This document shows, in pieces, positions 12,085 through 22,296 of a DNA stretch of 64,000 nucleotides. Location: the NCBI GenBank assembly GCA_963776245.1, contig CAVZLN010000008.1, positions 364,721 to 428,720 on the forward strand, in the 5' to 3' direction. Numbering within the stretch: position 1 is the first letter of the stretch; the number at the start of each line of letters is the position of its first letter. Source of the DNA: Candidatus Eiseniibacteriota bacterium (GTDB lineage: Bacteria; Eisenbacteria; RBG-16-71-46). Under the pieces are notes generated by a model that was not told where the DNA came from, did not search any database, and was given only the letters and a program-made list of their open reading frames with translations. A program made the translations under genes and the position numbers.

Positions 12085-12524
12085 GGCCGCACCACCCAGA
12101 CCTTCACCGTCGCGGTGACCCCGCCATAGAGCTTGATGGCCACGTCGTAGCGCCCCAGCTGCTTGATGTGCTCGGGCATCTCGATCCGCCGCTGGTCGAC
12201 CTCGTGCCCCGCCCGCGCCAGCGCCTCGGCGATGTCGGCGTTCGTGATCGAGCCGAACAGCGTGTCGTCCTCGTTCGCCTGCGCCGGGATGTTGACCTCC
12301 GCGCCCTCGATGCGGGCCGCCTCGGCGCGCGCGGCGGCGACCAGCTTGTCCTCCTTCACCTCGCGCTGGCGGAGCAGCTCCTTGAGGAGATTGCCGGCCT
12401 TCGAGCCGGCCGGGATGGCGAGCTTGCGGGGCAGCAGGAAGTTGCGGGCATAGCCGGGCTTCACGTTGACGGTGATGCCCTTCTCTCCCACACCCTTCAG
12501 ATCTTCGAGCAGGATGACTTCCAT
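12081..12524 (-). CDS. rplI: 50S ribosomal protein L9
   Basis: MEVILLEDL, VKPGYARNFLLP, LFGSIT. Confidence 0.97.
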   Translation of the reverse strand: MEVILLEDLKGVGEKGITVNVKPGYARNFLLPRKLAIPAGSKAGNLLKELLRQREVKEDKLVAAARAEAARIEGAEVNIPAQANEDDTLFGSITNADIAEALARAGHEVDQRRIEMPEHIKQLGRYDVAIKLYGGVTATVKVWVVRP

Positions 12525-12533
12525 CGGTTCTCC

Positions 12534-13520
12534 CTAGGGGTTTCCACCGTCGACGGTGGGTTCGAGGCGGCGATGATCGAGCCAGGCGTCGCTCAGGCCG
12601 AGCGCGACGGCGGTCATCACGAACACCGGCATGGCCACGGCGAGCACGAACAGCATCGTCAGGGCGATCACGGCGGTCGGCACCCCGCGCGACAGCAGCA
12701 GGGAAGATACCACCGCGATCCCTTGCACTCCGAAACCGAGACCCGCGCTGAGCAACAGCGTCCAGCCGCTCGGCGCGGCGGGCGCCCACGCGATGACGAG
12801 CACCGCGAGCCCGGCGAGGAACGTCCACAGCACACCATCCGGGACCCGCCACTGGGTGAGCGGGGTGCGCGTCATCGGCGGCCACCGCAGCACCCGCGCG
12901 GCGCGCGACGCGAACGTGCGCCCCGCGCCCACCAGCAGCGCCACCCAGGCGAACAGCGCGGTGGGCACCAGGAACGGCACCACCACCTCGCGGTACACCC
13001 GCGACAGCGTCTGCATCCCGGCCATCGCGTCGCGGATCTGGCGCGCGTCGTAATGGCGCGGCGCCTCGGCCTCGAACCAGCGCTGGAACTCCAGCCACGA
13101 GGCGTCGAGGCCGGAGCGCATCGCCCCGTAGCCCGGCAGCCAGGGCAGCGCCACCGCCAGCGCCAGCACCGGCGCCAGGAACCACGCGCGGTCGCCCGCG
13201 CCGGCTCGCCCGCCCTCCTCGCGCAGCCCGGTCCACGCCCCCGAGAGCGCCGCGGCGGGGATCCACCACGCCCACAGCGCCCCCGGCACGCCGGTCGCCA
13301 GCGCGCCCGCCGCCGCCACGGCCGGGACCACCAGCCCCCAGCGGCCGAAGCGCCACGCCAGCAGCATGGCGAGCGCGGTCAGCACCGGTGCCGCGAGCCA
13401 CACCACGGCCCACGGACCCGGCGCCTCGGCCGCCATCACGCCGAGCAGCGCCGCGACCAGAAACGCCCGCGCCCACGTGGGGCCGCGCGCGACCCGGGCC
13501 GTGTCAGCGATAGAGGTCAC
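12534..13520 (-). CDS. DUF2232 (YybS-like) membrane protein
   Basis: Multi-[19 protein letters not shown]; usual position between rpsR and rplI. Confidence 0.8.
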   Translation of the reverse strand: MTSIADTARVARGPTWARAFLVAALLGVMAAEAPGPWAVVWLAAPVLTALAMLLAWRFGRWGLVVPAVAAAGALATGVPGALWAWWIPAAALSGAWTGLREEGGRAGAGDRAWFLAPVLALAVALPWLPGYGAMRSGLDASWLEFQRWFEAEAPRHYDARQIRDAMAGMQTLSRVYREVVVPFLVPTALFAWVALLVGAGRTFASRAARVLRWPPMTRTPLTQWRVPDGVLWTFLAGLAVLVIAWAPAAPSGWTLLLSAGLGFGVQGIAVVSSLLLSRGVPTAVIALTMLFVLAVAMPVFVMTAVALGLSDAWLDHRRLEPTVDGGNP

Positions 13521-13746
13521 TGGTGAACGGCAGCAGCGCCAGCACCCGCGCCCGCTTGATCGCGGTCGTCAGCTGCTTCTGATGGCGCGCGCACGTGCCC
13601 GACACCCGTCGCGGGACGATCTTGCCGCGGTCGGTGATGAACCGGCCGAGACGCTTCTCGTCCTTGTAGTCCACGAACCCGACCTTCTCCAGACACAGCT
13701 TGCAGTACTTGCGCTTGATGCTCTTGCCTTCGCGTTCCTTGGCCAT
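13504..13746 (-). CDS. rpsR: 30S ribosomal protein S18 (Cys-containing form)
   Basis: [27 protein letters not shown]. Confidence 0.96.
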   Translation of the reverse strand: MAKEREGKSIKRKYCKLCLEKVGFVDYKDEKRLGRFITDRGKIVPRRVSGTCARHQKQLTTAIKRARVLALLPFTSDLYR

Positions 13747-13776
13747 CGCTCTCCTTCTCACCTCCGTCGACGGGGC

Positions 13777-14176
13777 CTAGGCCCTGTCCGATCCCGGCGG
13801 CGGCGCGCTCTCCGGCGCCTCGCCGCCCTCCGGCCAATCCATGAAGTGGACCAGGTCGGCCCGCACTTCGAGTCGCGAGCGCTTCTCGCCACCCGGGGCC
13901 GTCCACTCCCGCATCTGCATCCGTCCTTCCACCAGCACCGCGCTCCCCTTGTGGAGATGCGCGGCGCACACCTCGGCGAGGCGCTGGACCGTCACCACCG
14001 GCGTGAACCCGGTCTGCTCGGCGATCTTCCCATCCTTCGCCTCGCCAGCGGCGATGGAAGGCGATGGTGAAGGTCGTGACCGGGGTGCCGTCGGTCGCAT
14101 AGCGCTTGTCGGGATCGCGCGTGAGCCGCCCGCCCAGTTGCACCCGGTTGATCTCGGGGAGCCTGAATCCGGACAT
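13777..14176 (-). CDS. ssb: Single-stranded DNA-binding protein (frameshift near 14045, probable sequence error)
   Basis: NRVQLGGRLTRDP in one frame; HLHKGSAVLVEGRMQ in another; rpsF-ssb-rpsR context. Confidence 0.88.
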
Positions 14177-14204
14177 TTCCCCTCCGCTCGCGACCCCCGC
14201 CGCG

Positions 14205-14558
14205 CTACTCGTCCCCGGCGTCCTCGCTGGCAGCCACCAGTTCCGGGTCGGCCTGCGGTTGCGTGAGCTCCGGCGGAACATGCAGCACGGTGAGGACGCG
14301 CATGACCTGCTCGTCGAGCTTCATGCGGCGCTCGACCTCCCTCACCACCGGCCCCGGCCCCTGGTAGAGGAGCAGCGTGTAGATGCCGTCGCGGCGGCGA
14401 TTGATCTCGTAGGCGAGACGCCGCTTGCCCCAGCGCTGCACCTCGAGCACCTCGCCGCCCAGATCCTTGATCCAGCCGGTGACGCGCTCGATCTCCTCGT
14501 TGACCTTCCCCTCGTCGAGGCCGGGCTCGAGGATGAACGTGGTCTCGTACTTGTTCAC
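14205..14558 (-). CDS. rpsF: 30S ribosomal protein S6
   Basis: KYETTFIL, WGKRRLAYEI, GIY. Confidence 0.96.
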   Translation of the reverse strand: MNKYETTFILEPGLDEGKVNEEIERVTGWIKDLGGEVLEVQRWGKRRLAYEINRRRDGIYTLLLYQGPGPVVREVERRMKLDEQVMRVLTVLHVPPELTQPQADPELVAASEDAGDE

Positions 14559-15143
14559 GGTTCGGATTCCTCCTGACGGACCCTGCGATTGAATCGATTC
14601 ATGGCGGCGAGGATGCCCTGCTCCAGCCAGCACTCCACCGCGTCGGCGGCGAGCCCCGCGGCGCTTCTCCGCGGCCGCCCGCCCTGTGTCGTCGAACTCG
14701 TCCAGCACGTGTTCCCGCAGCCCCTCGCCACCCTCGGCCGCGCCGACCCCGATGCGGAGCCGCGCGTAGCCCTCACCGCCGAGCGCCTCCGAGATGCTCT
14801 CGAGGCCGCGGTGCCCTCCCGACGAGCCCCGGGTGCGCAAGCGCAGGACACCCAGCGGCAGATACACGTCGTCGGCGATCACGAGGGACTCCTGTCCCTC
14901 CAGCGGATGACGCTCGCTCCATGCGAGCAGCGCCGTCCCGCTGGCGTTCATGTACGTCAGCGGCGCGACCAGATGCACGTCGCGTCCGCCCACGGCGGCG
15001 ATGCGGCTGCGGTATTCGGGCGTCGTCTCTCCCGGGCCCGCCCGCCAGCGCGCAGCCAGCAGGTCGAGGACCCACCAGCCCACGTTGTGACGGGTCCGCG
15101 CGTACCGCGCACCGGGATTGCCCAGCCCGAGGACCAGCGGCAC
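14555..15143 (-). CDS. pth: Peptidyl-tRNA hydrolase (frameshift near 14665)
   Basis: LGLGNPGARYARTRHNVG, TYMNASG, SSGGHRGL, RLRIGVG; tail AMNRFN in another frame. Confidence 0.92.
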
Positions 15144-15149
15144 GGCCGC

Positions 15150-15843
15150 CTACTTCTTCTCGCCCTTCTCGGCCTTCTTCTCGCTCTTCTCGTCCTCGCC
15201 GGCCTCCTCCTTCTTGCCCTTGGCGATGACCTCCGGCTCGGTGGTCTCGGCGACGGCCGCGACCTCTTCCGCCGGCTTCTCCTCGGCGACCGTCGGCGGC
15301 ACCACGGTCGCGATCGTCGCGTCCGGGTCCGTCAGGATCTCGATGTCCGCGACGCTCAGATCGCGCACGTGCACCGAGTCGCCGATGTTCAGCGCCGCCA
15401 CGTCCACGTCGATCGACGCCGGGATCGCGGTCGGCAGACAGCGCACCTCCACCGTGCGGAGGATGTGCTCGACGATGCCGCCGGCGTCCTTCACGCCCAC
15501 CGGCAGGCCGACGAGGTGCACCGCGACCTCGACCTCGATGCTCTCGGTGAGCGAGATGTGCTGGAAGTCGAGGTGCACGAGCTTGCGCGAGAGCGGGTCG
15601 TACTGCGCGTCGCGCACCAGCACCGTGTACTCGCCGCCGTCCACCTTCAGGCTGACGAGCGGGTTGCCGCCCTTGTGCTTCAGCATCGCGAGCTGGAACT
15701 CGCGCGCGCCGACGCGGACCGGGATCGGCGTCTCACCGTGTCCGTACACGATCGCCGGGGATGTCACCGGCCGCCCGCGCCTTGCGCGCGCCGCCCTTGC
15801 CGAGGGCCGTGCGCCGCTGGGCGGTCAACGAGATGACCGACAT
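15150..15843 (-). CDS. rplY: 50S ribosomal protein L25/Ctc (frameshift near 15770)
   Basis: [21 protein letters not shown], then [30 protein letters not shown]. Confidence 0.93.
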
Positions 15844-15915
15844 GCGTGCTCCTCCTTAAGATGGGTCGTCGCCGCGGTGCGGCCCCGTCTCGGGGCGCCG
15901 CTTCCGCGTGCTTCC

Positions 15916-16865
15916 CTAGATGAACAACGAACTGAGCGAGCGCTCCTCGTGGATGCGCTGGACCGCTTCGCCCAGCAGGCCCGCGACCGACAGCTCGGTG
16001 ACGTTCGCGGGCAATGGCGCGCCTTCGTGGCTCACCGTGTCGGTGATGACGAGCTCGCGGATCGGCGACTGGCCGATGCGCTCGAGCGCGCCGTGGCTGA
16101 ACACCCCGTGCGTCACGCCGGCCGAGACCGAACGGGCGCCGTTCTTCACGATCACTTCCGCGGCCTGGCAGAGCGTGCGCGCGGTGGTGACGACGTCGTC
16201 GAACAGCACCACGTTGCTGGCCCTCGACCTCGCCGATCAGGTTCATGACCTCGACCGAGTCCGGGCGCGGGCGGCGCTTGTCCACCAGCCCCAGCTCCGC
16301 GCCGAGACGCTTGGCGTAGGCGCGCGCCATCTTCACGCTGCCGATGTCCGGCGCGACCACCATCAGATCGCTGGTCTGCTTGCGCTGGAAGTGATCCACC
16401 AGCACCGGCGCGGCGTAGAGGTGATCGAACGGGATGTCGAAGAAGCCCTGGATCTGCGCGCTGTGCAGATCCATGGTGAGCGCGCGGTCCGCGCCCGCCA
16501 CGGTGATCAGGTTCGCCACCAGCTTGGCCGAGATCGGCGCGCGCGGCTGGTCCTTGCGGTCCTGGCGCGCGTAGCCGAAGTACGGCAGCACCGCGGTCAC
16601 CCGCCGCGCCGAGGCGCGCTTGGCCGCGTCGAGCATGACCAGCAGCTCCATGAGGTTGTCCGCCGGGCGCGCCGGTCGCCTGCACGATGAACACGTCGCC
16701 GCCGCGGATGTTCTCGTTGAAGCGCACCGAGACCTCGCCGTCCTCGAAGCGCGACACGTCGCAGTCCCCGAGCGGCGACTTCAGCCGCTCGCAGATCGCG
16801 GCCGCGAGCCCGCGACTGGCGTTCCCCGCGAATACCCGACACGGATCCAAGCGCATCTCCTCCAT
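15916..16865 (-). CDS. prs: Ribose-phosphate pyrophosphokinase (frameshifts near 16215 and 16670)
   Basis: [44 protein letters not shown] across three frames. Confidence 0.93.
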
Positions 16866-17004
16866 CGGATGCGGTCACAGCCGAGCCGCGAACGGACGAG
16901 CCGCCACGGCGCGATCGGGTCCGAAAGCGGACACGCACGCGCACGGTCAGGCCGTGCCGCGCGTGCCTCACGCACCGGGGCCGTCATCCGCCCGACCCGA
17001 AAGA

Positions 17005-17079
17005 TGGCTGGGGCGGGAGGATTCGAACCTCCGGATGCGAGATCCAAAGTCTCGTGCCTTACCGCTTGGCCACGCCCCA
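17005..17079 (-). tRNA. tRNA-Gln(TTG)
   Basis: Reverse complement TGGGGCGTGGCCAAGCGGTAAGGCACGAGACTTTGGATCTCG...GGTTCGAATCC...CCAGCCA; CCA encoded. Confidence 0.96.
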
Positions 17080-17184
17080 CCAACAGAACGGGATTTCCGT
17101 CACGGTCCGTTCCCCACAGGCAGGGGTCCGGGGTGCAGGTCATTGGCCCGAAGGGATGAAAGGTGTTGCAGAAAAGCGAGGTGG

Positions 17185-17214
17185 AGACTACCGGGAAGCG
17201 CGGCCGGATGTCAA
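17185..17214 (-). promoter_or_regulatory. sigma70-type promoter for tRNA-Gln-prs operon
   Basis: TTGACA-N18-TAGTCT on minus strand. Confidence 0.6.
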
Positions 17215-17331
17215 TGCTCGACGCCTCCGGGCGGGGTCCGGCGCCCCGGAGGGGGACTCGCGGGGCCGGCGGGCCCGGGACGGCCCCCCGCGGCCGGGCG
17301 CGGCGCCCCGGTCGCGCGGCGGAGGCCCCGG

Positions 17332-17644
17332 TCAGTCTTCGTGAAGGGCGTTCGCCATCGGGGACGCGGCCACCGTGCCCGGGGCGCGCTGGAGTTCCTT
17401 CTCGTACTCACCCATGACCATCTCGGTCAGGTACTTGCGGGTGATGTCGTTGATCGGGTGGGCCAGGTCCTGGTGCTGGCCATCGGGGCGCTTGCGGCTC
17501 GGCATCGCCACGAACAGCCCCGAGTTCCCGTGGATGATCTTCAGCCCGCGGATGACGAAAGCGTCGTTCGAGCGTGATCGAGACGAACGCCTTGAGCTTG
17601 TCGTCGTTGCGCAGCGAGACCCGCACTTCGGTGATCTGGATCAT
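17332..17644 (-). CDS. spoVG: SpoVG family protein (frameshift near 17570)
   Basis: ITEVRV, LKAFVSIT, then FVIRGLKII, LFVAMPSRK, AHPIN in another frame. Confidence 0.9.
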
Positions 17645-17755
17645 CCGATCACCCTGACAGCGGGCCCGCGGGCGCTGTGGCGCCGCCAGCCCGAAGACCC
17701 GGGCAGCGGGCTTCCTTGCGACTTGAGCATGTGGCCTCCTTGCTTCGCGCTCAAG

Positions 17756-18711
17756 CTACGGCAGTGGTCCGAGTCGCAGACCTGCGCTTCGAGACCGGAC
17801 CCCATACAGGGTCTCGTCACCGGAGAAGCGGCCCAGGAAGTCTCTGAACGGAAGTGCCCGGCGCGATCACGCCGAACACCGCCGACCCACTGCCCGTCAT
17901 GCGGACCGGATCCGCACCCGCCGCGCGCAACCGCGCGCAGAGCGCGACGAATCCCGCCCGTCGTTCACCCAGCACGTCCTCGAACGCGTTGCCGAGGCGC
18001 ACCGCATCATGCGGCGCCACGGCTGCTTGTCGCAGTTCGTCCGCGATTCTTAGTTTGCTGCTCCATAGTGTCAAGGACGATTTGCGCACGTCGAGTGCGG
18101 CGAATGCCCGCGCGGTCGAGATGCGCCATGCCGGCACGACCACGACGGCCCGGAACGGGCGCGCGAGCCGCAGCCGTTCGAGCCGCTCGCCGCGGCCGAG
18201 CCCCAGCGCGGTGCCGCCGAGCGCGCGAACGGCACGTCGGAGCCCAGCTCGGCCGCCAGCGCGAGCCGCTGCGCGCGCGGGCGGCGCACGCCGTAGAGCG
18301 CATCAGCGCCACCAGGGCCGCCGCCGCGTCGGCGCTGCCGCCTCCCATGCCGGCCTGCGCGCCGGGATGCGCTTGACCAGCGTGAACCGCGCCCCGCCGA
18401 TGCGCGCGATCGCGCGCCGCCAGCAGCCGCGCCGCGCGCAGCACCAGGTTGCCGGCCCCCGCCGGCACGCCGGCCGCGCGCGCGGCGCGCGCGGTGCGCC
18501 GCGCAGCGCGGCGTCCTCGTGGCGCACGCGTCAGCGAGAAGCCTGCGCCGCGGCGACCGCGCGACCAGCGTGTCGGCGAGCGAGATGGACTGGAACACCG
18601 TGGCGAGGTCGTGGAAGCCGTCGGGCCGCGGCGGACCGACCGCGAGCCCGAGGTTGAGCTTGGCGCGCGCCTCGACCTCGACGCCGCGCCGGCCGCGGCC
18701 GCCGGCGTCAT
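17756..18711 (-). CDS. ispE: 4-diphosphocytidyl-2-C-methyl-D-erythritol kinase (several indels; ends approximate)
   Basis: AKLNLGL, FHDLATVFQSISLAD, GMGGGSADAAAAL, LGSDVPF, MTGSGSAVFG. Confidence 0.88.
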
Positions 18712-19609
18712 CGCGCGCCACGTAGAGCACGAAGACCACCATCGCCAGGTAGAGCACCAGCACGATGCCGATCGGCCGGTCGGTGAGCAGCACCTGCGAG
18801 GGGTCCTCGCTGGTCTCGGAGACGCGCACCAGGTAGAGGTAGCGGAAGATGCCGTACGCCACGAACGGCACGGTGTAGAGCAGCGACTCGGTGTGGAACT
18901 TGGCGACCGTCGCGGGCCAGATGGTGTAGAGCGCGTAGGACATCACGCTGGTCGCGGCCGAGATCAGTGAGCATCCCGTCGAGCAGCTCCGGCGTGTAGC
19001 GCGACAGCACCGCGCGCTGCGACGAGGCCTCGTGCGCCGGCGTTGACGAGCTCGCGCCGGCGCTTGCTGAGCGCCAGGAACAGCGCGCCGAAGAACGTGC
19101 ACACCAGCAGCCACGGCGAGATCTCGGTGTCGGGCGACGACCGGCCGCAGCAGCTCGACGCCGGCGATGCGCGCGCAGCACGAAGCCGAGCGCGATCGAT
19201 GAACACGTCGAGGATCACCTGGTGCTTGAGGCCGAAGGTGTAGGCGAGGTTGATCGCCAGGTAGAGCGCCCGCCACGCCCGCGAACGCGGGCCCCAGCCA
19301 CCACGACAGCGCCACCACCACCGCCAGGATGCGGCGGCAGCGCGCCGAGCGCGGCGGCGCGCGGCAGCCGGCCCGAGGCGATCGGGCGGCAGCCGCTTCT
19401 TCGGGTGCAGCCGGTCGGCCTCGACGTCGGCGAGGTCGTTGAGCAGGTACACCGAGCCCGAGAGCAGCGAGAACGCCAGGAAGCCGCCGGCCGCGCGCAG
19501 CAGCAGCGCCCGCTCGCCGAGCTGCTGCGAGAACAGCAGCCCGACGAACAGCAGCAGGTTCTTCGTCCACTGCTTCGGGCGCAGGGTCTTCGACCAGCGC
19601 GAGGATCAC
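18708..19609 (-). CDS. UbiA-family polyprenyl-phosphate phosphoribosyltransferase-like protein (several indels)
   Basis: [58 protein letters not shown]. Confidence 0.82.
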
Positions 19610-20277
19610 GGGCGCGCCTCTCCCGCGGCTGCGCCGCGGTCGCGCGCGCCGCCGGGCGCTCGCGCCGGCGCGGCCCGCTCGACCGGGAACATCGCGCGCT
19701 CGACCAGCTCGCAGAACGCGTGGCCCATGGTGATGTGCCCCTCCTGGATGTGCGGCGTCGACTCGCTCGGGCGTGACCAGCGCGATGTCGCACATCGCGG
19801 CGAAGCGCCGCGCCCTTCGCGCCGGTCATGCCGATCACGGTCATGCCCAGGGCGTGCGCGCTCTCGACCGCGCGCCGGACGCTCTCCGAGCCGCCGCTGG
19901 TGGTGATCGCGACCAGCACGTCGCCGGGCATCGCCGAGGCCCTCGAGCTGGCGCGAGAACACCTCCTCGTAGCCGTAGTCGTTGCCGATCGCGGTCACCG
20001 CCGAGGAGTTGGTGGTGAGCGCGACGGCGGCCAGCGCCGGGCGGTCGACCAGGTAGCGGCCCGCGAACTCGGCCGCCAGGTGCTGGGCGTCGGCGGCGCT
20101 GCCGCCGTTGCCGCAGAAGTACACCGTGCCGCCGCTCTCGAGGCACGCGATCAGCGCCTCGGCGGCCGCCGCGACCGGCGCGCGTGCACGCCTGCTCGAG
20201 CTGCGCAGCGCGGCGCCGCGTCGTGCAGCGCCGCGCGCGCCGCGCGCTCGAGGGGCCCGCCTGGCCGTCCGCTTCAC
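19606..20277 (-). CDS. gmhA: Phosphoheptose isomerase (SIS domain; indels)
   Basis: [42 protein letters not shown]. Confidence 0.88.
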   Translation of the reverse strand: MKRTARRAPRARGARGAARRGAALRSSSRRARAPVAAAAEALIACLESGGTVYFCGNGGSAADAQHLAAEFAGRYLVDRPALAAVALTTNSSAVTAIGNDYGYEEVFSRQLEGLGDARRRAGRDHHQRRLGERPARGRERARPGHDRDRHDRREGRGASPRCATSRWSRPSESTPHIQEGHITMGHAFCELVERAMFPVERAAPARAPGGARDRGAAAGEARP

Positions 20278-20301
20278 ACGCGCTCCTTCCCGTCGCCGCG
20301 C

Positions 20302-21155
20302 TCAGCGCGCGACGCTCTCGAGGTAGCGGTCCGCGGCGTCGCGCCAGTGCGGCATGCGCCGCCCGGTCACGTGCCGGAACCATCCGTTGTCCAGCACCGA
20401 GTACGCCGGGCGGGGCGCCGGCGCGGCCGAAGCTGGCGCTGTCGCAGTGCGCGCCACCTCGACCGCGAGGCCCGCGCGCGCCACCAGGTGCGCCGCGAAC
20501 TCGTGCCAGGTGCAGTCGCCCTCGCTGGTGCAATGGTAGGTGCCGAACTGCGCCGCGCTCGACCAGCGCCACCAGCGCCGGCGCCAGGTCCTCGGTCCAC
20601 GTCGGCGAGCCGCGCTGGTCGTCGACCACGCGCAGCGGCTCGCCGGCGCGCGCGCGGGCCAGGATGGTGTCGGGGAAGTTCGGCCCGCCCGCGCCGTAGA
20701 GCCAGGCGGTGCGCACGACCAGGTGGCGCGGATGCACCTCGCGCACCGCCTGCTCGCCCGCCCACTTCGACGCGCCGTAGACGCTGCGCGGCGCGACCGG
20801 GTCGTGCTCGCGCCACGGGCGCGCGCCGTCCCCGCCGAACACGTAGTCGGTGGAGATCGCGAGCACGCCCGCCCCCACCGCGGCCGCGGCCAGCGCCGCG
20901 TTGCGGGAGCCCAGCCCGTTGACCAGGAACGCGCGGTCGGCCTCGCTCTCGCAGTCGTCCACGCGGGTGAACGCCGCCAGGTGGAAGATCCAGTCGGGCC
21001 GCGTCGGCGCGCACGAGACGCGCGTCAGCGCCTCGGCGTCGGTGACGTCGCAATCCGCCTCCGGCGGCGCCGCCACGCGCGTGCCCGGCGCGCTCGAGCG
21101 CGGGGATCACCGCGCGGGCCAGCATGCCCGCGGCGCCGGTGACCAGCGCCTTCAC
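20302..21155 (-). CDS. rfbD: dTDP-4-dehydrorhamnose reductase (indels)
   Basis: VTGAAGML, AAFTRVDDCE, STDYVFGG, YGASK, DQRGSPT, RPAYSVLD. Confidence 0.9.
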
Positions 21156-22276
21156 GACAGCTCCACCCGGCTCGAGTCGCCGAGCATCAGCCGGTGCGCG
21201 CGCGGCCGCGCGTCGCTGGCGAGCACCACCGCCTCACGGCCGATCAGGCTCGACTCGATGCGCTGGGGGATGCCGACGATGCGGCTGCGCTCGAGCACGA
21301 TCGAGTGCTCGATCTCGCAGTGGTCGAGCTCGACGCCGTCGGCGATGGCGGTGAACGGCCCGACGTAGGCGTCGCGGATCACCGCGTTCGCGCCGATCGC
21401 CAGCGGCCCGCGCAGGCGCGAGCGTTCCACCACCGTGCCCGGACCGATGCGCACCAGGCCCTCGACCAGCGTCGCCGCGTCCACCGTGCCGACGATCGCC
21501 GGCTCGAGGGCGCCGAGCATCATGCGGTTGCCCTCGAGCATGTCCTCGACCTTGCCGGTGTCCTTCCACCAGCCGTGGATGACGTGCGAGCGCACCCGCT
21601 TGCCGGCGGAGATCAGGTGCTGGATGGCGTCGGTGATCTCCAGCTCCCCGCGCGCGGAGGGCTTGATCGCGTCCACCGCGTCGAAGATGCATTGGCTGAA
21701 CAGGTACACGCCCACCAGCGCGAGGTCGCTCTTGGGCCGCTTCGGCTTCTCCTCGAGCTTCACCACCCGGTCGCCGTCGAGCTCGGCGACGCCGAACTCC
21801 CACGGCGTCTTCACGTGGGCGAGCAGGATCTGCGCGTCGGGCCGCTCGGCCTCGAACTCGCGCACGAAGGGGGTCACGCCGTCCTTGATGAGGTTGTCGC
21901 CCAGGTACATGACGAATGGCTCGCCCGCCATGTAGTCGCGCGCGATGCGGACCGCGTGCGCGAGCCCGAGCGGCGCCTACTGCTCGATGTAGGTGACCGC
22001 GAGGCCGAAGCGCGAGCCGTCGCCGACCGCGGCGCGGATCTCGGCCTGCGAGTTCACCATCACCGTCTGCATCTCCCCGGTGCGGTGGTCGGGACGCAGC
22101 ATCTCGGTCGGGTCGCTGACGATGATGCCCACCTCGCGGATGCCCGCGGCGGCCAGCGCCTCGAGGCCGTAGAACAGCACCGGCTTGTTCGCCACCGGGA
22201 CGAGCTGCTTGGCGCTGGTGTGCGTGATGGGCCGCAGCCGCGTGCCGCGGCCGCCGGCGAGGACGAGTGCCTTCAT
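21152..22276 (-). CDS. rfbA: Glucose-1-phosphate thymidylyltransferase, long form; in-frame TAG at 21977-21979
   Basis: LAGGRGTRLRPITHTSAKQLVPVANKP, GLAHAV, YLGDN, PSARGELEITDAI, WWKDTG; both halves in the same frame. Confidence 0.9.
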
Positions 22277-22296
22277 GTCGATCTCATGGGTTCGGG

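Noticed and set aside
21977..21979. Amber recoding or pyrrolysine-type readthrough
   Set aside because: TAG is the true stop of many genes here (rpsF, rplY, recA, cinA); this is a single case in an error-rich block
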